Part shown: positions 1 through 10,075 of the stretch, piece by piece
How positions within the stretch are numbered: the stretch's first letter is position 1
Layout: the number at the start of each line of letters is the position of its first letter
From: Promethearchaeota archaeon
GTDB lineage: Archaea; Asgardarchaeota; Lokiarchaeia; Sigyniarchaeales; SOKP01
DNA length: 64,000 nt
NCBI GenBank assembly: GCA_019058365.1
Contig: JAHPZE010000002.1
Location: 96,001-160,000 of the forward strand
Direction: 5' to 3'
Program-made: the position numbers and the translations under genes
The notes under the pieces: model-generated
What the model was told of the DNA's origin: nothing
The model's database searches: none
Seen by the model: the letters and a program-made list of their open reading frames with translations, nothing else

Positions 1-1
1 A

Positions 2-235
2 TATGGGATATAGTGTTCCTTCTTCTATAACTAACATTTCATTTGTTTGATCTGTTAAATCTTTTAGAATTTTATACCCATGCGAACCTTCTTCACCTGC
101 TTGAATAATTATAGATAATATACAAAGTGAACTTATTCCCCTATTAATCTCAGTTTCTTGTTTTTCAACATAATCTCTGAATTCCTGTGAAGCAATTAAA
201 GCCTTTGAATCTAATTCTCTAATACGTTTTATCAC
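2..235 (-). CDS. PadR-family transcriptional regulator (partial, runs off the window start; not in ORF track)
   Basis: Manual translation from GTG at 235: (M)IKRIRELDSK...RGISSLCILSII...SHGYKILKDL...EEGTLYPI, which carries the PadR HGY...GTLYP signature. GGAG lies upstream. Confidence 0.85.
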   Translation of the reverse strand, partial: MIKRIRELDSKALIASQEFRDYVEKQETEINRGISSLCILSIIIQAGEEGSHGYKILKDLTDQTNEMLVIEEGTLYPI

Positions 236-279
236 TATTTTCAGCTCCTTTTTTTGTTTTTACTTATATTTTTTAATAA

Positions 280-317
280 ATATAGTATTCTATGAATACT
301 ATATAACATATAGTATT
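280..317. promoter_or_regulatory. Overlapping double inverted repeat, candidate PadR operator
   Basis: ATATAGTATTC-tat-GAATACTATAT (280-304) and AATACTATAT-aac-ATATAGTATT (295-317) are both perfect inverted repeats, in the divergent padR/thiolase intergenic region. Confidence 0.6.
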
Positions 318-423
318 TAAATTTTACTATTCTTTTCAAAATAAAAAATTTTAAAACTTTAAATTTTCACGAATTTTTACTAATTAAAACCCAAATTTTT
401 AGAAATAAACCTTAAATCTAAAT

Positions 424-1956
424 ATGCATCAAAAAAATTCACCTATTATCATTGGAGCCGCTCAAATTACTCAACAAAAAGATGTAGATATACCACTTGA
501 TCCACTTAATTTAGTTGCTGAAGCTTGTAAAAATGCCCTTACAATATCAGAAGCAGATAATTTGAAAGACATAATTGACACTATATATATGTCTACTATC
601 TCTAGTTGGATTTATGAGGATGCTCCAGGGAAACTAAGTCAATTCCTTGGAATAAAACCGGTTCAATATTATACCGCTCCTATTAGTGGAAATACACCTC
701 AATTATTAGTTAATAAGGCTGCTAAAGCTATTTCTTTAGGTGAAAGTAAAGCTATACTTATTACTGGAGGAGAGGCATCTTATTCTAGATATCGTGCTAA
801 AAAAGGTGAAATCACATTAAATTGGCCAGATTTACCTGCAGGAGCAGCAAATAAAGCTCGAAAAGCTATCATTTTCTATTTAAGCGAGTTTGAAAATAGC
901 TATAAACTTTCCAATCCCACATATATCTACGCTTTACTCGAAACCGCCCTAAGATCTACGTCTGGTAGAAGTATAAAAGAGCATTTAGATCATATCGGTA
1001 AGCGATATGAAAGATTTTCCAAAATTGCTTCTCAAAATCCTTATGCTTGGTTACAAAATCATTTTAATGTAGAAGAAATAATTACTCCTAGCTTTGATAA
1101 TCGTATAATTTGTCATCCATATACAAAACGCATGGTTGCCAACCTTTATGTGGATCAAGCAGCTGCATTAATTATGACAAATGAAAACCTTGCACAAAGT
1201 CTTGGCATTGAGAGAAAATTCTGGGTTTATCCAATGGGAGGTGTAGATCTACATAATATTTTTTATATATCTCAACGTCCTCAGCTGGATGATTCACCAG
1301 CAATAAGAGAAGCATCACGACTTGCGTTAAAACAAGCAGGTCTAAAATTAAATGACATAGATGTTTTTGATCTCTATAGTTGTTTTCCTTGTATGGTTGA
1401 AATTGCTAGACAAGAAATTGGAATTCCTTACGATGATAAACGTGATTTAACAATTACTGGAGGTCTTTCTTTTTTTGGTGGACCTTTCAGTAGTTATTCA
1501 ATGCATCCAATTGTTTCTGCTGTTGATTTGATTCAAAAAAATCCAAAGATGAAAATAATGATATTAGCAAATGGAGGATATAATACATCAGAATCGGTTG
1601 GGATATATGGAAATAAACCTCCTGCTATAGATTGGAAAAAAAATGAATATGATGATATACAACAAAAAATTAATTCGAAAGCCCTGCCAGAACCAGTCAA
1701 AAAAGCGAATGGAGATATTACGATAGAGGCATATACAATAATATATAATAGAAAAGGCTTACCAGAAATAGGTGTCGCAATGGGACAGTTAGAGAGTGGA
1801 GAACGTACTTTTGCTGTTATTTCATCAGACTCAAAAACTATTTTAAATTTAGAGAAAGAAGAACTTGTAGGAAAAACTTTTTTGGTTAAATATAACAATG
1901 AAACAAAACAAAATAGCCTAATAATTGAGTCTAAAGTGCGTTTAATTAATCATTAA
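424..1956 (+). CDS. Thiolase-like protein (acetyl-CoA acetyltransferase family, type with extra C-terminal domain)
   Basis: GNTPQ, GGEA, PYTKRM, VDQAAA, DLYSCFP and TGGLSFFGGP motifs; C-terminal EAYT...G.R OB-like extension. Confidence 0.85.
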   Translation: MHQKNSPIIIGAAQITQQKDVDIPLDPLNLVAEACKNALTISEADNLKDIIDTIYMSTISSWIYEDAPGKLSQFLGIKPVQYYTAPISGNTPQLLVNKAAKAISLGESKAILITGGEASYSRYRAKKGEITLNWPDLPAGAANKARKAIIFYLSEFENSYKLSNPTYIYALLETALRSTSGRSIKEHLDHIGKRYERFSKIASQNPYAWLQNHFNVEEIITPSFDNRIICHPYTKRMVANLYVDQAAALIMTNENLAQSLGIERKFWVYPMGGVDLHNIFYISQRPQLDDSPAIREASRLALKQAGLKLNDIDVFDLYSCFPCMVEIARQEIGIPYDDKRDLTITGGLSFFGGPFSSYSMHPIVSAVDLIQKNPKMKIMILANGGYNTSESVGIYGNKPPAIDWKKNEYDDIQQKINSKALPEPVKKANGDITIEAYTIIYNRKGLPEIGVAMGQLESGERTFAVISSDSKTILNLEKEELVGKTFLVKYNNETKQNSLIIESKVRLINH

Positions 1957-2193
1957 TATGAAAAACTTACTTCTGATTTATTACATAATTTAAAGTATTT
2001 CTTCTTAGTATACAAATTTTTCATAATTTTGATATAGAAATTTTTTAGATTAATGAGATCAAAAAAATTAAATAGTGGTAATTTGATTTTATATTTAAGG
2101 AGACGGGTTAAGAATAGATTGATTTCAGTTTCCGGGTAGAATAAATTTTAAATCTACAAAATATTAATAATATAATAAGAAGGGTGTTAAAAT

Positions 2194-2973
2194 ATGGGTC
2201 ATAAAAGTTTATCTAAGGAATTTATAGATCCCATTATCATAAAAATGAAGAAAAATAGTAAATACATATATGATTTACTTACTAAACCTAAAATTGTTAA
2301 GATTTCAATTTATGTTAGTCTGATTACATTTTTACCAGGATTAATTACTGGATTAATCGTTGCAATCAATTTTGGTTCTCTTAAATATAGTCTTTGGTAT
2401 AATTGGATAAGTGATTTAGGATCTCTCAAATATACCCCGGCTCCCTTTATTTTAAATATGACATGTATACTAAGTGCAATATTTATTATTCCCTTAATCT
2501 TGAATTTAAGTCGATTGTACAGTTCTCATCAAAATTATAAATTAGACAACTCAAAGAAAGAATATTATACAATCTTATTTAGAAGAATATTTGGTTATAC
2601 AGGAGTAGTTTGTCTTCTTGTTGGTGTTATTGGTATGTTTTTTGTAGGGGTATTTAGCTTAGATCGATCTCCGTTTGATTTACATTTTTATTTCTCTACA
2701 TCAGCATTTGGTGGATTTGCTTTCGGTGCATTTTTTACGGGATTAGCAATAGTATTAAGGAAAAGAATATTCCCGAAAGTCGTAGGGTATTTTATGATAC
2801 TTGGTCCATCATCAGCCTGTATATTATATCTGTTCGCGCCAGCACCGTTAACAAGACAGTTTCTTGAGTGGATACTCATGTTTAGTTCACTTGCATGGTA
2901 TTATGTCGTTGTTTTCATTACTTTACAAAAGTTAAATTCAATTCTTTTTTTCCAACCTGATTTCAAGTGGTAA
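2194..2973 (+). CDS. DUF998-like multipass membrane protein
   Basis: About 6 TM segments; YSLWYNWISDLG, VGVFS and LH..F motifs. Confidence 0.7.
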   Translation: MGHKSLSKEFIDPIIIKMKKNSKYIYDLLTKPKIVKISIYVSLITFLPGLITGLIVAINFGSLKYSLWYNWISDLGSLKYTPAPFILNMTCILSAIFIIPLILNLSRLYSSHQNYKLDNSKKEYYTILFRRIFGYTGVVCLLVGVIGMFFVGVFSLDRSPFDLHFYFSTSAFGGFAFGAFFTGLAIVLRKRIFPKVVGYFMILGPSSACILYLFAPAPLTRQFLEWILMFSSLAWYYVVVFITLQKLNSILFFQPDFKW

Positions 2974-3133
2974 GAGGTTTATGATCTGGTGTTTTATATG
3001 CCATCAGATTATTTGCTACATTTAAAATTGTTGAATTAAAACTGGACTCCATTAGTTTTAATAAAATCCAAAATTTAAGACTATTTAATATCATAATTAA
3101 TAAATATTTTAAATAAAAATTGGATGAAGTAAA

Positions 3134-4423
3134 ATGAACTATTCTGAACATGAAATGGTAAATAGTTATCTAACTCAGGTATATAAAAAATTACCAGAAT
3201 GGTTGAAAATGAAAAAAGAAGAAGCAGATAAAATTTTAAAAGATTTAGAAAGTCAAATTCTAGAAGAAGCAAGAAATATCGCTGGTGGAAATAATCCCTC
3301 TGATTTTGATATACAGCAAGCACTTTTACAAATTGGTACTCCAGAAAGTATTGCTAAAATATACAAACGTCGAGGAACCCCAAAACTATATATAACAGAA
3401 GAGCTTTTTGATTTTTATGTAAAAACAATGCTATTTTTCTTCCTAATTGTCATTGCTATTAATATCATTGTCTCAATTTTTAAGTTTATTTTTCAACCTT
3501 CAAATTGGGTAATAAGCTTAGGAGAAATGTTTTCAGGAATGTGGATTGGTTGTTTAATTACTACTCTTGTAATAACAGTTATATTTTTCTATTTTTCTAT
3601 GGAAGGATTTTTACCCGACGATTTTGGTGTCATTCCCTCTCGATTAGCTTTATTGTTCCCTTTTCATATATCAGAAAAAGGAATACAAGAAACTCGGGAA
3701 TATACAAAAATTAAATTAGAGGAAGCAAAACAAAAAACAAAAGAAACTATCAATGAGGCACGGGTTCGCACAAAAGAAAAATTAGCTGAAATTAAAGCTA
3801 TTACAAAAGAAAAATTAGCAGGAGCCCAATTACGAAGAGAACAGAAGCTATTAGAAGCGAAAATGCGTAGAGAAGGAAAATTAGAAAGAGCTAAACAACG
3901 TCGAGAGGAAAGAAAGGAAGCAGCTAAACTAAAAAGAGAAATAAAAACAAAACAAGTCGTTACAATAGGAGAATTAATTTTTGGCGCAATTGCAGGGTTA
4001 ATCTTTGGATTATTTATTATATTACAACCTTTTGCGGAAATACCGGGACTCTTTCATCCTGAATTTTTGAATTGGTTAAAGATTTTTGGACTTTTAATAG
4101 TAATTAGTGGTCTAATTAACCTCCTTCGATTAATTATCGGAGTTAGAAATTATTCAGGTCAGCAGGTAATGTTGGTACTAGAAGCTCTTTATTCATTAAC
4201 ATATATTCCAATCTTTTTAATTCTTTTAAATAATCCCGAGATCTTTCCAATTTCTCTTTTTTCAGGAGGAACCGTCTCTATAATTCCGTATGATATCGGT
4301 TATTTAGCTTATATTATTTATTTCTGGATAATAATTGGAATAATAATTGCGATTTTAGGGAGTATGATTGGGAATTTTTACAAAGTAAGTAAACTTCAAA
4401 AATTTAAAGCAGATTTTTACTAA
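3134..4423 (+). CDS. Membrane protein with N-terminal HAAS/DUF1700-like helical domain and a cytoplasmic 11-residue repeat insert
   Basis: YL..V...LP...ILKDLESQI...ALLQIGTPESIAKIY resembles the HAAS domain; multiple TM helices; seven 11-mer repeats. Confidence 0.7.
   Translation: MNYSEHEMVNSYLTQVYKKLPEWLKMKKEEADKILKDLESQILEEARNIAGGNNPSDFDIQQALLQIGTPESIAKIYKRRGTPKLYITEELFDFYVKTMLFFFLIVIAINIIVSIFKFIFQPSNWVISLGEMFSGMWIGCLITTLVITVIFFYFSMEGFLPDDFGVIPSRLALLFPFHISEKGIQETREYTKIKLEEAKQKTKETINEARVRTKEKLAEIKAITKEKLAGAQLRREQKLLEAKMRREGKLERAKQRREERKEAAKLKREIKTKQVVTIGELIFGAIAGLIFGLFIILQPFAEIPGLFHPEFLNWLKIFGLLIVISGLINLLRLIIGVRNYSGQQVMLVLEALYSLTYIPIFLILLNNPEIFPISLFSGGTVSIIPYDIGYLAYIIYFWIIIGIIIAILGSMIGNFYKVSKLQKFKADFY
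3704..3934 (+). repeat. Seven tandem 33-nt / 11-aa repeats within the CDS
   Basis: TKIKLEEAKQK/TKETINEARVR/TKEKLAEIKAI/TKEKLAGAQLR/REQKLLEAKMR/REGKLERAKQR/REERKEAAKLK. Confidence 0.8.
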
Positions 4424-4510
4424 TAGTTTTCAATAATAACAAAACTTTTTTTTCCTTTTAATAAAACATCACAATTGAAAATCAAAATAGATTTTAGATA
4501 ATTTTTTAGA

Positions 4511-4621
4511 TTATGGTCCGGCTAAGAAAACTTGCTCACCAAGAAAAATCGCAGCAAAAACTATAATAATAACAATTACAATAACAACTACTCCAATAAT
4601 AATTAAATTCTTTTTTTCCAT
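4511..4621 (-). CDS. 36-aa single-pass membrane microprotein (below ORF-track cutoff)
   Basis: MEKKNLIIIGVVVIVIVIIIVFAAIFLGEQVFLAGP*: basic N-terminus, about 22 apolar residues, short tail. Confidence 0.6.
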   Translation of the reverse strand: MEKKNLIIIGVVVIVIVIIIVFAAIFLGEQVFLAGP

Positions 4622-4801
4622 AATATTATCTGTTATTTCTTAAATCTATAAGATTTCTTACAATATTGTGAATTAATATTCTTCTTTGTTTTTATAGCTA
4701 TATTATTATTTTATTTATTTTTTTTATGATTTAAAATTGTTAAATTATAAATATTGGTTTCATTTTGTACAATATTAACCTCGATAACTTAAGAATTAAT
4801 C

Positions 4802-5626
4802 ATGGAATTACCAAAAATACTGAAAGAAAAATTAAATAGTATTATTTCTTTTTTAAAAGGAAAAAAGGTAATAGTTGCTTTTTCTGGAGGCGTTGACAGT
4901 TCACTTCTAGCGTTTCTTTCTAAAAAATACGCTAAGGACATAATTCTTATAACTGAAAGATCTGTTCTTTATCCTGAAGAAGAAATTGATGAAGCTATAA
5001 AATTTGCTAAAAAATGTGGCATAAATCACATGATTATTGAAAGAGATCCCTTGAAAAATGAAATATTTCAATGTAATCCTTCAAATCGATGTTATATTTG
5101 CAAAACTGGATTATATAATGAAATAATTCAAATAAAAAACACAAAAAGCTTTGATGTAATATTAGATGGTTCAAATATTGATGATCTTTCGGATTACAGG
5201 CCTGGAATGCAAGCCCTAGAAGAATTAAAAATATCTACTCCATATATTGATTTCAATATTAATAAGAACGAAATAAGGGAGTTAAGCAAATTTTATGATT
5301 TGGAAGTTCAATCTAAACCATCAATGGCATGTTTCTCCTCTCGAATTCCATATGGGCAAACTATCAATGAAGAAAAACTTATAATGATAAGAGAAGCGGA
5401 GAGGTTCCTTAAAAATACATTCAACTTAAAGCAATTGAGAGTCAGATTACATGAAAATAATTTAGGACGAATTGAATTTTTACAAAGTGATCTCCCAAAA
5501 GTTTTAACTGAACAAAATATGAAAACTATTAGAGAAAAATTAAGAAATCTTGGATTTATTTATGTTACAGTAGATCTAGCAGGATTTCGCTCGGGTTCTA
5601 TGAATGAAGCTCTTAATTTAGATTAA
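4802..5626 (+). CDS. larE: LarE-family ATP-dependent sulfur transferase (PP-loop)
   Basis: AFSGGVDS PP-loop, RCYICK, DGSN.DD..DYRPG, CFSSRIPYG, RVR.H, GFRSGSMN. Confidence 0.9.
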   Translation: MELPKILKEKLNSIISFLKGKKVIVAFSGGVDSSLLAFLSKKYAKDIILITERSVLYPEEEIDEAIKFAKKCGINHMIIERDPLKNEIFQCNPSNRCYICKTGLYNEIIQIKNTKSFDVILDGSNIDDLSDYRPGMQALEELKISTPYIDFNINKNEIRELSKFYDLEVQSKPSMACFSSRIPYGQTINEEKLIMIREAERFLKNTFNLKQLRVRLHENNLGRIEFLQSDLPKVLTEQNMKTIREKLRNLGFIYVTVDLAGFRSGSMNEALNLD

Positions 5627-5953
5627 TTGCGGAATAAATTTTGATTTTGGTAAACTTTTTATTTTTATTTAATGTTTAGATTCTGGGCTTTTTTTCAAAA
5701 ATCGTCGATAAGATAATTTACAACCAATTGAGTAAGATTTAACTCATTTTAATAATGTTGGGGTCATAATTAACAATTAAATATTAATAAAAAAAAGTTA
5801 ATAATTAGAACATTAGCAAATAATCAAAAAGATAAATTTAAATTTAGTTTCCATTTATTCAATTTAATTAATTAACTGTCAGAAATAGTAAATTCTGGCT
5901 TTAATTATTGATTAGATCTTTATAAGAATTATTTTTTATGATAGGTATTCATT

Positions 5954-7369
5954 ATGATATCGACAATTATTGCTCCAATGATGCTTATTTTAATTATAAT
6001 TTTAATTACAGTGGGAAAAATAAACCGCTTGATGGCAGGTTTTATAGGTGCAATAATTTTGTCTTTTTTTTTACTTTATATAGATAAGGTTGATATAACG
6101 ACCGTAGTAGGATTTATAATTGGTGTGGACAATTCTAATCTTCATACTGTCTTATTTATTTTTGGCATGATGATAATTATTACGGTTTGTAAAAAAAGTG
6201 GAGTATTCATTTATATTGCATTCAGATTGGTACAATTTTCGAAAGGTAATAGTCGCTATATCCTTGTAATTTTATGCGGTTTCACATTTGTATTTTCTTC
6301 TATATCGATGAATATCTTATGTATCTTCTTAATTATTCCACTTACTATTACAATTTGTAAAATATTAAAAATTAATCCACTTCCATTTATTCTTTCAGAG
6401 GGGATGGTTGTAAATACGGGTGGCCTCTTATTTGTTATTAGCTCAATTCCTAACATATTAATAAGTCATTCAATAAATTGGACGTTTCCAGAATACTTTC
6501 TAGATGTTGGATTTTTTTCTATATTCCTATTTTTCATCAGTGTTATCTTTTTAATTAAATATAACGAAGATAAATTAGAAACCCCTGAAATTAATTACAT
6601 AAAACGATTATTAGATTATGATCCTTGGATGTTTGTAGAATCGAAAAGCAATTTTTATAAGTCTTTAGTAATGCTTATAATAACCATAATTTCTGTAATA
6701 ATTATACCCCTATTTAGTATTATATCCATTGATATACTTTCTTTAACAGGAGGGATAATCACAATCCTAATAATTTTAAATAAGGAATTTGAATCCGTGT
6801 GGAAAGACTTAGATCTTGAATTAATCTTCTATCTATTTTGTATTTTATTTATATCTGAAGCCATAGAATTTACTGGAATATTAAATTTTGTGTCATATGG
6901 AATAGATTATATAACTGGAGGTAATATTATTAGTATTACATTAGTTCTTTTATGGTTATCAGGAATACTTAGTTCTGTCATTCATAATGCTCCTATTACG
7001 AAGATTTTTATACCGATTGTTAATAATATATCCACGTTAAGAGATCAACGAACACTGTTTTCTGCTGTGTCGATAGGAACAACATTAGGAGAAAATTTGT
7101 CAACTATGGGAGATAATTTAGTTTTAATCTTATTGGTTAGATCTTATGGATATGAATTAAAGTTTTCTACTTTTATGAAATTAGGAATTAAACTTACTAT
7201 GATTAACTTGATCTCTTCAAGTATTTTTTTAGTTATGAAAGTGCAAGTTCAATTTTTCTTTATAGGCATTATTATTTTAATAGGAATAGTTTTTCTTTTA
7301 TACTTTTATCCTAGTATAATAAATCTTATTCAAACCAAATTGAATTTTTTAAATAAGAGAAAGACTTGA
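5954..7369 (+). CDS. ArsB/NhaD/SLC13-superfamily ion transporter
   Basis: About 12 TMs; GMMII...SGVF, NTGG...SIPNILI, SSVIHNAP, LGENLS..G.N motifs. Confidence 0.8.
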   Translation: MISTIIAPMMLILIIILITVGKINRLMAGFIGAIILSFFLLYIDKVDITTVVGFIIGVDNSNLHTVLFIFGMMIIITVCKKSGVFIYIAFRLVQFSKGNSRYILVILCGFTFVFSSISMNILCIFLIIPLTITICKILKINPLPFILSEGMVVNTGGLLFVISSIPNILISHSINWTFPEYFLDVGFFSIFLFFISVIFLIKYNEDKLETPEINYIKRLLDYDPWMFVESKSNFYKSLVMLIITIISVIIIPLFSIISIDILSLTGGIITILIILNKEFESVWKDLDLELIFYLFCILFISEAIEFTGILNFVSYGIDYITGGNIISITLVLLWLSGILSSVIHNAPITKIFIPIVNNISTLRDQRTLFSAVSIGTTLGENLSTMGDNLVLILLVRSYGYELKFSTFMKLGIKLTMINLISSSIFLVMKVQVQFFFIGIIILIGIVFLLYFYPSIINLIQTKLNFLNKRKT

Positions 7370-7553
7370 TTGAAGTTCTTGAAATTTTTTTTAAATTAAA
7401 GAAATATTTGAGAACTAATGTTTTAATTTAAAAGTGTGTATGAGATGTGATGGTAATAGGAAAGCTTTGTTTTCCATTATATAGAATAGTAGATTATCTA
7501 CTATATATTAGCTCAACTAAAATTCATTAATCTAAATTAATTTTGATTAATTA

Positions 7554-8951
7554 TTAGTTTTGGTATTGTATTCTGATATATTCTATAATTTTATTTCGTT
7601 TCATTATTGCACTTGAAGCCGCAACTTGTATTTTATTCTCCATCTCTTCCTTAGATTCTGGCATTTCTTCTCCAATTTCTTGTTTAATTTTAGTGTAAGC
7701 TGATTCCCGAAATCGAGGTAAAATATTTTCTTGATTATCTTCTGTAAAGATCATTTTAACTTGATTCGAATCATCAACATAACCAATCTCCGAACAATTT
7801 ATACCATTTTCTCTCAAATCTGAAATTATTTTATTAGAGACATGTTCAGAACAATAAATTAGCAGTGCGTCCAAAGAAACTCCTAAATAATCAACATTCA
7901 CTTTTTTAAGCAATTCAAGAACAATAGGATTTACAAGTTTTCTTACTTCTTGTTCATAAATTGTTACTCCACATTTGGCTTCATAATTAATCTCATAGAG
8001 ATCTCCTCTGAGCCCTCCGTTCGTCACATCGCACATTGCATGAATTTCATTTATGTAATTTGAATTTAAGATTACCTTGCAAGCTTCAAGAAATTTAATA
8101 TTCAAAGTTTCTTTAACAACATGATGGTTTCCTGAATATATTGCGGTTGTTGTTATAGTTCCTCCGCCAGCACCTTCTGTCATTAGTATTTTATCTCCAT
8201 TCCTAATATTTCTCCTTGCTAAAATTCGATTACAAATTCCAACAGCACTAACCCCTCCAACCAAACGGTTTCCAATAACCATATCTCCCCCTATCCGAAG
8301 CGTAGAACCTGCAGTAATTGGAACTTTCGCTAATTCTGAAATTGTGGAAATTCCTGCCATGAAATCAAATAATTTTCCAACATCTGCATCATCTCCTAGG
8401 TGCACATCAATCATTATAGAAATAGGTTTTGCACCTTTAACATATAAATCTCTGAGACACGCTCGAGTTACATGAAAACCGCATATGAAAGGAAAATCGC
8501 TTAATCGAGAATGAATTCCCTCCATTTTCGATACAATGATTAGATCTTTCCCATCTAATTGATCTCCTTGAAGATCACGTAATCGTACAGCTCCTGCATC
8601 ATCTAAAGAGCTAGGTGATAAATAAGCTCTCTTTTCTGTTTCAGATAATTCTGCAATGAGTTTATGAACAAAAAAATCTCCACTTCCTCTACATCCAACA
8701 CCTTGCTTACCAATTGACACATTGGCTCTATTTATATCCAAAATTTCTCTGATAAATGGATTAGATACTCTATTGATATCACTTTTTCTGCATTCTTCTA
8801 AGATAGCTTTAGCATATTTTTTTGCCAAATTATCATCAATTTCTTTGAAATTATGATATTCCTCTACTATTTTTTCAAGAATTTGTTGCTCAGAATATCC
8901 TTTTTTTATTAAATTCCTAGTCAATCCTTCTAAATCGCTCAAATTGCTCAA
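7554..8951 (-). CDS. AIR synthase-related (PurM/HypE-like) archaeal protein
   Basis: GVGCRGSGDFFVH, DDAG, EGIHSRLSDFPF, AMCDVTNGGLRGD motifs. Confidence 0.85.
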   Translation of the reverse strand: MSNLSDLEGLTRNLIKKGYSEQQILEKIVEEYHNFKEIDDNLAKKYAKAILEECRKSDINRVSNPFIREILDINRANVSIGKQGVGCRGSGDFFVHKLIAELSETEKRAYLSPSSLDDAGAVRLRDLQGDQLDGKDLIIVSKMEGIHSRLSDFPFICGFHVTRACLRDLYVKGAKPISIMIDVHLGDDADVGKLFDFMAGISTISELAKVPITAGSTLRIGGDMVIGNRLVGGVSAVGICNRILARRNIRNGDKILMTEGAGGGTITTTAIYSGNHHVVKETLNIKFLEACKVILNSNYINEIHAMCDVTNGGLRGDLYEINYEAKCGVTIYEQEVRKLVNPIVLELLKKVNVDYLGVSLDALLIYCSEHVSNKIISDLRENGINCSEIGYVDDSNQVKMIFTEDNQENILPRFRESAYTKIKQEIGEEMPESKEEMENKIQVAASSAIMKRNKIIEYIRIQYQN

Positions 8952-9058
8952 ATCCTTCTTAATTACTAAAAACTATGAATAAAAGTTTATAATATATTTA
9001 AATTATTTTGAAAATTCTTATTTATAGTTGAGAGTTCCCTTTTTTAAAAAAGATTAAT

Positions 9059-10069
9059 ATGACTTCTCTGAGAATTACAACGCCCTGTCGAATTCATCTT
9101 TCTTTAATCGATGAAAATGGATACACCGGTAGAGTAGATGGCGGTATTGGTCTTATGTTAGACCGACCAAATGTAGTTTTTGAAGCCTCTAATAACGCTA
9201 AAGAATTTAAAATTGAAGCGAATAAGTATTATCGAGAATCAATTGAAGTTATTAATGAAATAGCCTCAAGGGTATTTAAAATATTCAATATTAGTAATAA
9301 AAATTTTCACTTCAATCTTAAAAGATATTTTCCATCACACGTAGGATTGGGCTCAAAGACGCAATTATCTTTAGCTATAGCCACCGTAATAACAAAGTTG
9401 AAGAATATTACTCAATTAACTACTAGTGAATTAACAAAATTAGTAGAAAGAGGAGGCACTTCCGGAATTGGATGGAGAGGTTTTGAAACAGGAGGTTTTA
9501 TTTTAGATGGTGGACATGATTTTGGGAAAGGAAAAGAAAAAGAGACTTTTTTACCATCGTCAGCTTCAACTTTTGCTAATCCTGCATTGACAATTTTTAG
9601 ATATAATATACCTGAAAATTGGAGATTTGTATTAGTCATTCCTAATGTAAAGAAAGGAGCATATGGAGATGAAGAAGTCAGTGTTTTTCAAAATTACGCT
9701 CCAGTTCCTAGAAATGAAGTAAATGAAGTTTCTCACCAAATAATTATGAAAATAATTCCTGGGATTATAAAAAATGATTTAAAATGCTTTGGAGAAGGAT
9801 TAAAAAGAATTCAGAGTATTGGTTTTAAAAAAATCGAAATTGAATTACAAAATGAAGTCGTCAAAGATCTTTTAAAATTTTTTGAAGAGTATGGATTAAA
9901 GGCATATGGTATGTCATCTTTTGGACCTAGTGTTGTTGGGGTTGTAGAATATGACTCAGAAGCAGAAATTTTATTAAGAGAAGTCCAAAAGAATCAAAAA
10001 AATAGTGGAGGACATATCTATATATGTAAACCTAATAATATAGGAGCAAAAATAGAATTAATAGATTGA
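9059..10069 (+). CDS. mptG: beta-ribofuranosylaminobenzene 5'-phosphate (beta-RFA-P) synthase, GHMP fold; methanopterin biosynthesis
   Basis: TPCRIH..LID.NG..GRVDGGIG, HVGLGSKTQ, RGGTSGIG, DGGH, MSSFGP. Confidence 0.9.
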   Translation: MTSLRITTPCRIHLSLIDENGYTGRVDGGIGLMLDRPNVVFEASNNAKEFKIEANKYYRESIEVINEIASRVFKIFNISNKNFHFNLKRYFPSHVGLGSKTQLSLAIATVITKLKNITQLTTSELTKLVERGGTSGIGWRGFETGGFILDGGHDFGKGKEKETFLPSSASTFANPALTIFRYNIPENWRFVLVIPNVKKGAYGDEEVSVFQNYAPVPRNEVNEVSHQIIMKIIPGIIKNDLKCFGEGLKRIQSIGFKKIEIELQNEVVKDLLKFFEEYGLKAYGMSSFGPSVVGVVEYDSEAEILLREVQKNQKNSGGHIYICKPNNIGAKIELID

Positions 10070-10075
10070 TTATAG

